In this document: one piece after another, positions 18,101-23,151 of the stretch | Layout of the letters: every line of letters starts with the position of its first letter | Numbering within the stretch: the stretch's first letter is position 1 | Assembly: GCA_030141605.1 (NCBI GenBank) | Contig: JAQGDQ010001862.1 | Coordinates: 1-23,151 of the forward strand | Length of the DNA: 23,151 nt | Source of the DNA: Tubiluchus corallicola | Taxonomy: Eukaryota; Animalia; Priapulida | Direction: 5' to 3' | Position numbers and translations under genes: made by a program | Notes under the pieces: model-generated | Databases searched by the model: none | Told to the model about the DNA's origin: nothing | What the model saw: the letters and a program-made list of their open reading frames with translations, nothing else

Positions 18101-21100
18101 AGGAGTGGCCCGTACTAAACGTTTTTGAGACAATTAGGCGATTGATTCTACATTACAGTGAGTCTAATATGTCAGGAGTGGCCCGTACTAGACGTTTTTG
18201 AGACAATTAGGCGATTGATTCTACATTACCGTGAGTCTAATATGTCAGGAGCGGCCCGTACTAGACGTTTTTGAGACAGTTAGGGGATTGATTCTACATT
18301 GCAGTGAGTCTAATATGTCAGGAGTGGCCCGTACTAAACGTTTTTGAGACAATTAGGCGATTGATTCTACATTACAGTGAGTCTAATATGTCAGGAGTGG
18401 CCCGTACTAGACGTTTTGGAGACAATTAGGTGATTTATTCTACATTACTGTGAGTCTAATATGTCAGGAGTGGCCCGTACTAGACGTTTTGGAGACAATT
18501 AGGTGATTTATTCTACATTACCGTGAGTCTAATACACCGCATCTACTGTCTTAGCTTAGTATCGGTAAATACGGACAATTGGCAAATTCGGACAGACGTC
18601 TCCCTGCTTTTGTCCGGCAAACCGAGATATTTAAATTTAAATTGCTTGTAACCATAATTTCAAGTTAACCAGCGAAGTCCACCAGATTGCCCGGACTGGA
18701 ACCATCAGTACTGCAAGTCTTACTGATTGCCCGGACTGGAACCATCAGTACTGCAAGTCTTACTGATTGCCCGGACTGGAACCATCAGTACTGCAAGTCT
18801 TACTGATTGCCCGGACTGGAACCATCAGTACTGCAAGTCTTACTGATTGCCCGGACTGGAACCAGCAGTACTGCAAGTCTTACTGATTGCCCGGACTGGA
18901 ACCAGCAGTACTGCAAGTCTTACTGATTGCCCGGACTGGAACCAGCAGTACCGCAAGCCTTACTGATTGCCCGGACTGGAACCAGCAGTACCGCAAGTCT
19001 TACTGATTGCCCGGACTGGAACCATCAGTACTGCAAGTCTCACTGATCACCCGGACTGGAGGCATCAGTACCGCCAATCTCACTGATCACCCGGATTGGA
19101 GCCATCAATACCGCAAGTCTTACTGATTGCCCGGACTGGAACCATCAGTACTGCAAGTCCTGCTTATCGAGGCCCCATTTACGACAATTAATCTTACTGT
19201 GGTGAAGTTTGGGGACCCACTCATTTGATGGACTTGATGAAAGTAATTCTGCATGTGTTGGGCGAAATTTTGAGCGTCCATTCACTAAACCGATGGACAT
19301 GTTCCGATGCACGGCGGTTTACTATTTTGATGGAATTCTGGATGTAATTCTGGACGCAATGGACGTAAGTTTAACTCCTGTCTACTAAACCGATGAACCT
19401 AAGTAATCTTGGACGTAACTTTGAGCATGCGTTCACTAAATTAAAGACTATCTTACGTCCATTTGCTAAGTCTATACACACACAAGCCAAAACCGAAATT
19501 TAAGTTCAATTATCGGCAAACCGAACGAACCGAAAATTTTGTTTGGTAACATCTCGTTACGGGAGGTTTTAACTGTACCATGGATAACGATTAGCCATTT
19601 GGTCTATTCATATGAAAGATAAACGAATTAGTTAATGTATCTGTAGAGAACCACTGGCACTACTTCGAAAATAGTTTACATACGAACTAGAGAAATAGCA
19701 AAAAGTTTAACACTTACAGGTTAAATTCGCAATAATATCCAGAAACCTGTAATACAAAACAAAGTATTAAATATTAATCATTTGATTCATTCGTAAGAAA
19801 ACCGCATTCTTCGGCTACTTCAATTCAATTCAGTTTTATTGCACAAATACATACAATGTACATTGGCAAAGCAGTACATGTTAAATGCTACATAAACCGT
19901 CTGAGTGCAAAGTTATGTACTAGATAAGATAAGATATAAGACGTATTTATTTCACACATGTAATACAGATTAGCCATTAATGAAACTCTATTTATAAAAG
20001 GAAATAAAACTCGAAATAAATAGTCCAGATGAAAAACTGTTCTTCAATGTATTATTGCTCGAAATAAATAGTCCGGTTGAAAAAACTGTTCTTCAATGTA
20101 TTACTGCTCGAAATAAATAGTCCGGTTGAAAAAATTGTTCTTCAATGTATTACAGCTCGAAATAAATAGTCCAGTTGAAAAAACTGTTCTTCAATGTATT
20201 ATTGCTTGAAATAAACAAGTTGAAAAAACTGTTCTGCAATGTATTACTGCTCGAAATAAATAGTCCGGTTGAAAAAACTGTTCTTCAATTTATTACTGCT
20301 CAAAATAAATAGTCCGGTTGAAAAAACTAATCTTCAATGTATTACTCCTCGAAATAAATAGTTCAGTTAAAAAATGAAAGACTTTGTGGCACTTTGAATG
20401 TCACGCATGTGCAGAGAGAGAGACTGCTAGACTCGTACAGAAACTCGGGGTTCCCACAGAATTTTAAAATAAATTTTCCTGACTTTTCCCTGACCAATAT
20501 TGATTTTCCATGACCAAGATAAACAGAAATTGCATTACCAGTAGACATATTCAAACATTTTTGTGTATGGACATTCATACATATACTGATACATAATGTG
20601 CCGGGACAGATGCAGTAGTGCTAACGAAATTACACTAATCACATTAAATAAAATCATTATTTTTAGAACAGAAATCAAAACTGGGAGCCTGCTATAGCAA
20701 AATTTTATTTGAACACGAATTGCTGAAAAATATGTTTGGAAAAATATCAGTTCACGGTGATTATTTTTGCAACCCTTTCAAATTTCCCTGACAAATATTT
20801 ACATATATATATATATATATATACATATTATATATTATACATTATACATATTATATATACACAGGGTTAGTAAATTAAGATCTAGATAAATTTTAGTGGC
20901 TAATTATGTAATAATTCATTCCATTTCACGAAATAGCAAGTTTTCACAAATCTACGTGAGTTCATAATAGCAATTATAATACTATTGCAAAGTGGCTGCT
21001 GGCTGTTAATCTTATCTTAATTGTGGGACTTTCATTCTCTTATCATATAATAGAAAAGTCATATGTCATTTATTTCACATTACACATTTACAATAGTTAC

Positions 21101-21474
21101 ATGTACAATATCTAGTGAAAGGGCCTACAATGGACGTAATACAAATAAGAAATACTGCACAGGAAAAGCCTCAAACACTGTTCACTTATACACGAAGGTA
21201 AATGTGTTGCGGGCAATCAAAAAGCAGGGCTTGTTAGATTGTCCCACACAGTGAAAGGAGAAAAAAGTAATGGAGATAATCTGAAAATTTAAAGTGAATC
21301 GTGATAAAAAACATTAGTGCTTAAAATGGAATGATGTAATGAATGAAGCTCATATATGGGATGATGTAAAAGATAGAAAGTCATGTTCTATCTTACCCGT
21401 TTTATGCAGAACCACAAGCAGAGCACCAATAATCTCGAGCCGATTACGGCAGAGTCGGTAATAATCGACAGCAT
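14742..21474 (-). CDS. Single-pass membrane protein, WBP1/VOPP1/Shisa-like six-cysteine superfamily, with PPxY motif (5 exons, 153 aa)
   Basis: Spliced: MLSIITDSAVIGSRLLVLCLWFCIKR|VSGYYCEFNL|CASADQYCCGDNLCCDYVYHTWYIW|VFIVFILLVASACGGFLRFCYYRTDPIFMHTQYVMLQPEESNYPNAPL|DVESGGHVVYPFSGGVNYSKPSGPPPPYTAAGSHKKFYDKGDKD*. Intron phases 0,2,2,0 are mutually compatible and all GT-AG. Features: C-x4-C-x6-CC-x4-CC pattern, WYIW before the TM helix, PPPPY tail. Confidence 0.88.
14994..15451. repeat. (GA)n compound microsatellite
   Basis: Direct inspection. Confidence 0.95.
16009..16459. repeat. 41-bp minisatellite, ~11 copies
   Basis: Unit CATCACACACATAGCATTCCACAAAGAAGCAGCTCTGGAGG. Confidence 0.95.
16590..16734 (-). 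CDS. WBP1/VOPP1-like gene, transmembrane exon
   Basis: ctttttcag|G GTT TTC...CCG TTG|gtgagt; VFIVFILLVASACGGFLRFCYYRTDPIFMHTQYVMLQPEESNYPNAPL. Confidence 0.9.
16791..17219. repeat. ~180-200-bp tandem repeat, ~2.2 copies
   Basis: GTGTGTAGTACGTCACAAA at 16791, 16972 and 17171. Confidence 0.9.
17267..17341 (-). CDS. WBP1/VOPP1-like gene, Cys-rich exon
   Basis: cttatttacag|A TGT GCC...ATT TG|gtatgt; CASADQYCCGDNLCCDYVYHTWYI(W). Confidence 0.9.
17361..17540. repeat. 16-bp minisatellite (ATAAAGGTGCAAAACG / ATAAAGGTGTTAAACG, largely alternating)
   Basis: Direct inspection. Confidence 0.9.
17541..18630. mobile_element. pogo/Tigger-like MITE enclosing the 73-bp satellite
   Basis: Inverted repeat ATATCTCAGTTTGCCGGAC (17546-17564) / GTCCGGCAAACCGAGATAT (18612-18630), 18/19 match. 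Left end TA|CACTC; outermost right end missing. Confidence 0.6.
17731..18533. repeat. 73-bp tandem repeat, 11 copies
   Basis: ATGTCAGGAG every 73 bp from 17731 to 18461. Confidence 0.97.
18685..19159. repeat. 40-bp minisatellite, ~12 copies
   Basis: Unit GATTGCCCGGACTGGAACCATCAGTACTGCAAGTCTTACT. Confidence 0.97.
19718..19746 (-). CDS. WBP1/VOPP1-like gene, 29-nt microexon
   Basis: ttgtattacag|GTTTCTGGATATTATTGCGAATTTAACCT|gtaagt; VSGYYCEFN(L). Supplies the first Cys and bridges phase 0 to phase 2. Confidence 0.82.
20010..20372. repeat. ~49-bp minisatellite, ~7.5 copies
   Basis: Unit CTCGAAATAAATAGTCCGGTTGAAAAAACTGTTCTTCAATGTATTACTG. Confidence 0.94.
20803..20859. repeat. (TA)n-rich microsatellite
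   Basis: Direct inspection. Confidence 0.85.
21397..21474 (-). CDS. WBP1/VOPP1-like gene, first coding exon (signal peptide)
   Basis: ATG at 21474, MLSIITDSAVIGSRLLVLCLWFCIKR, donor CGG|gtaaga. The start codon choice is inferred. Confidence 0.78.
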
Positions 21475-21791
21475 CGTAGCGTCCGCAACACTTATTTGAC
21501 CGCCATCACTGTACCTGAGCTCTAGCTGACAAGATAAACAGCTCGCAAGAACAGGTAAACACTGAAACAAACAAACGTCGGATATATTAACCGCATTGCA
21601 AAACAAGTGCATCGTAAACGTATCATTACGGGTATCATCTACGTTATCATCTGCACGAGCGAAGAAATGAATAAAATCTTTCGTAGGTTTGTTTGTGAGC
21701 CGCGGGGTTTTCTATTGCTTGTGCCTGGTTGTTGACTAGTATTAAAAAATAAGCTTTTTCCCAGTTCCAGCAATTGACGATGATCGTGAAG

Positions 21792-22142
21792 AGGTCAAAG
21801 GTCAAGTGTACCAGACAACGCATTTGTGTAGACTTGACAATGCCTCGCAGCTCATGCTGTTGTAATAGTAACAGTTTTAACAGCTAGCTAGAATTTTACC
21901 TAGTTCATTTTTTCTTGTTCCCAAGCAAGATCCTGCTAGTAAATCACTCTACGCACAGACTAATGCATAATTAACTAAAGTCCACGTAAAACAACCGAAG
22001 TTACTAAGCTGATGCGACAGATGGCTTTGCTTTACCCCACGTCACGTGGCGATCGTAACTAACACGCCGTTGCTGTGGTACACTTAACCTTTGACCTACA
22101 GCAACTGTGCTTGCGCACAACGAAACTGCGAAAAGGCTTATT
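21792..22142 (+). repeat. Dispersed repeat, copy 2
   Basis: Same family and orientation as 7965-8466; begins AGGTCAAAGGTCA. Confidence 0.85.
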
Positions 22143-22777
22143 GGCAAAAAATTGTTGAACAGCCATTAAAACACGGAAATATGCGAGAAACTGATTATTT
22201 TTTTATGCGATTTGGAATATTGCATGGCGGAATGTAGCATTAAACAGCAAGTCACCAAGTTGGATGATCGTGGCAATACTGGAACCTATCTTACAACACT
22301 TTACAGACCATCTTCTAAGATGAGCCACTAGACCAGCAGAAGTGTCTTAGCCATGTTCAGGTCCTACCTCCGAGACGTAAACAGCCAGAATTAGTGTGGC
22401 GAAAGCAATGAAACCAACCAAAGTGAAGTCGTACAAAACTGGTTCACTGACAGCCTCTGTAATATTCTTAATTTCAACTGTCAAGTGTGACGATACACAT
22501 GCCCACTCAGTCATGTGCATCGCCTAATGCAAAAAAGCCTGAATGGCATAAAAAAATCTGTTAATGATGGAGGAAACCTTCCGGTAAGCAACACAGACTT
22601 GGTTGTTGTAAATACCAAGCGCTTTTTTTGCAAGACACAAACGCAATGGTGAGTGCTTAGCGACTGAAGTTTAGCAATGCTGAGCAAGACCAGTAAAGGA
22701 ATAGGTGGCTGCTGATAAAACCGTTTTTGTGTCATGCTGACCCAAACTATTTATATCATTGATGCAGGATATAAGAA

Positions 22778-22936
22778 TGTGCGTGTGTGTGTGTGTGTGC
22801 GCGCATACGTGCATGTGTGTGTGTGCGCATAAGTGTGTGTGTGTGTGTGTGCGTGCGTGCGTGCGTGTGTGTGTGTGTGCGCGCGCGTGCGTGTGCGTGT
22901 GTGTGTGTGTGCGCGCGCGTGTGCGTGCGTGTGTGT
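22778..22936. repeat. (TG/CG)n alternating purine-pyrimidine microsatellite
   Basis: Direct inspection. Confidence 0.93.
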
Positions 22937-23024
22937 CTGATTATACGGATGCCAGGCGATGTTGAACTAAGTGTAACACTTTCGTGCGCAGGTTATGGTG
23001 GCACTTAGCTGATTATTACGGATA

Positions 23025-23151
23025 CAGTAGGCGCCGCTTAATAGACTCACTTTGGGACCGAAGTGTTTTGACGCAGTTAACCGACTGAACCTATTAACCG
23101 ATGGGTGTAGTATTACTGGTATAGAAGTATGGGTCATCAGCTTACTTTGCA
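23025..23151 (+). mobile_element. pogo/Tigger-like MITE left end, running off the window
   Basis: TA|CAGTAGGCGCCGCTTAATAG followed by repeated TTAACCGA subterminal motifs. Confidence 0.45.

Noticed and set aside
22511-22649. Possible + strand exon ending at G|GTGAGT
   Set aside because: Translation is unrecognisable, the acceptor is weak, no partner exons were found, and it lies among repeat relics.

Overview
Eukaryotic (invertebrate-type metazoan) genomic DNA, dense in repeats, with two convergent intron-split genes that the ORF track largely misses. (1) On +, the last five coding exons of cytosolic asparaginyl-tRNA synthetase (NARS1): 3086-3199, 5073-5120, 7851-7934, 9669-9800, 10698-10829. 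All introns are GT-AG and phase 0, giving 169 aa to the stop. (2) On -, an apparently complete five-exon gene (21474-21397, 19746-19718, 17341-17267, 16734-16590, 14876-14742) encoding a 153-aa protein: signal peptide, six-Cys ectodomain, one TM helix and a PPPPY tail (WBP1/VOPP1/Shisa-like superfamily). Between the two 3' ends lies a 2481-bp non-autonomous element (11838-14318) with perfect 12-bp TIRs starting CACAATG and a 5-bp CATTG target duplication. These are Transib/RAG-like ends, and the interior is filled with minisatellite. Also present: a piggyBac-type MITE (TTAA TSD), pogo/Tigger-like ends, a 153-bp array multiplying a NARS exon end and splice donor, a displaced partial copy of a NARS exon, and about a dozen mini/microsatellites, several inside or at the ends of DNA transposons. 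Almost all long ORFs in the track are repeat artefacts. No database searches were run; family calls come from motif recognition.
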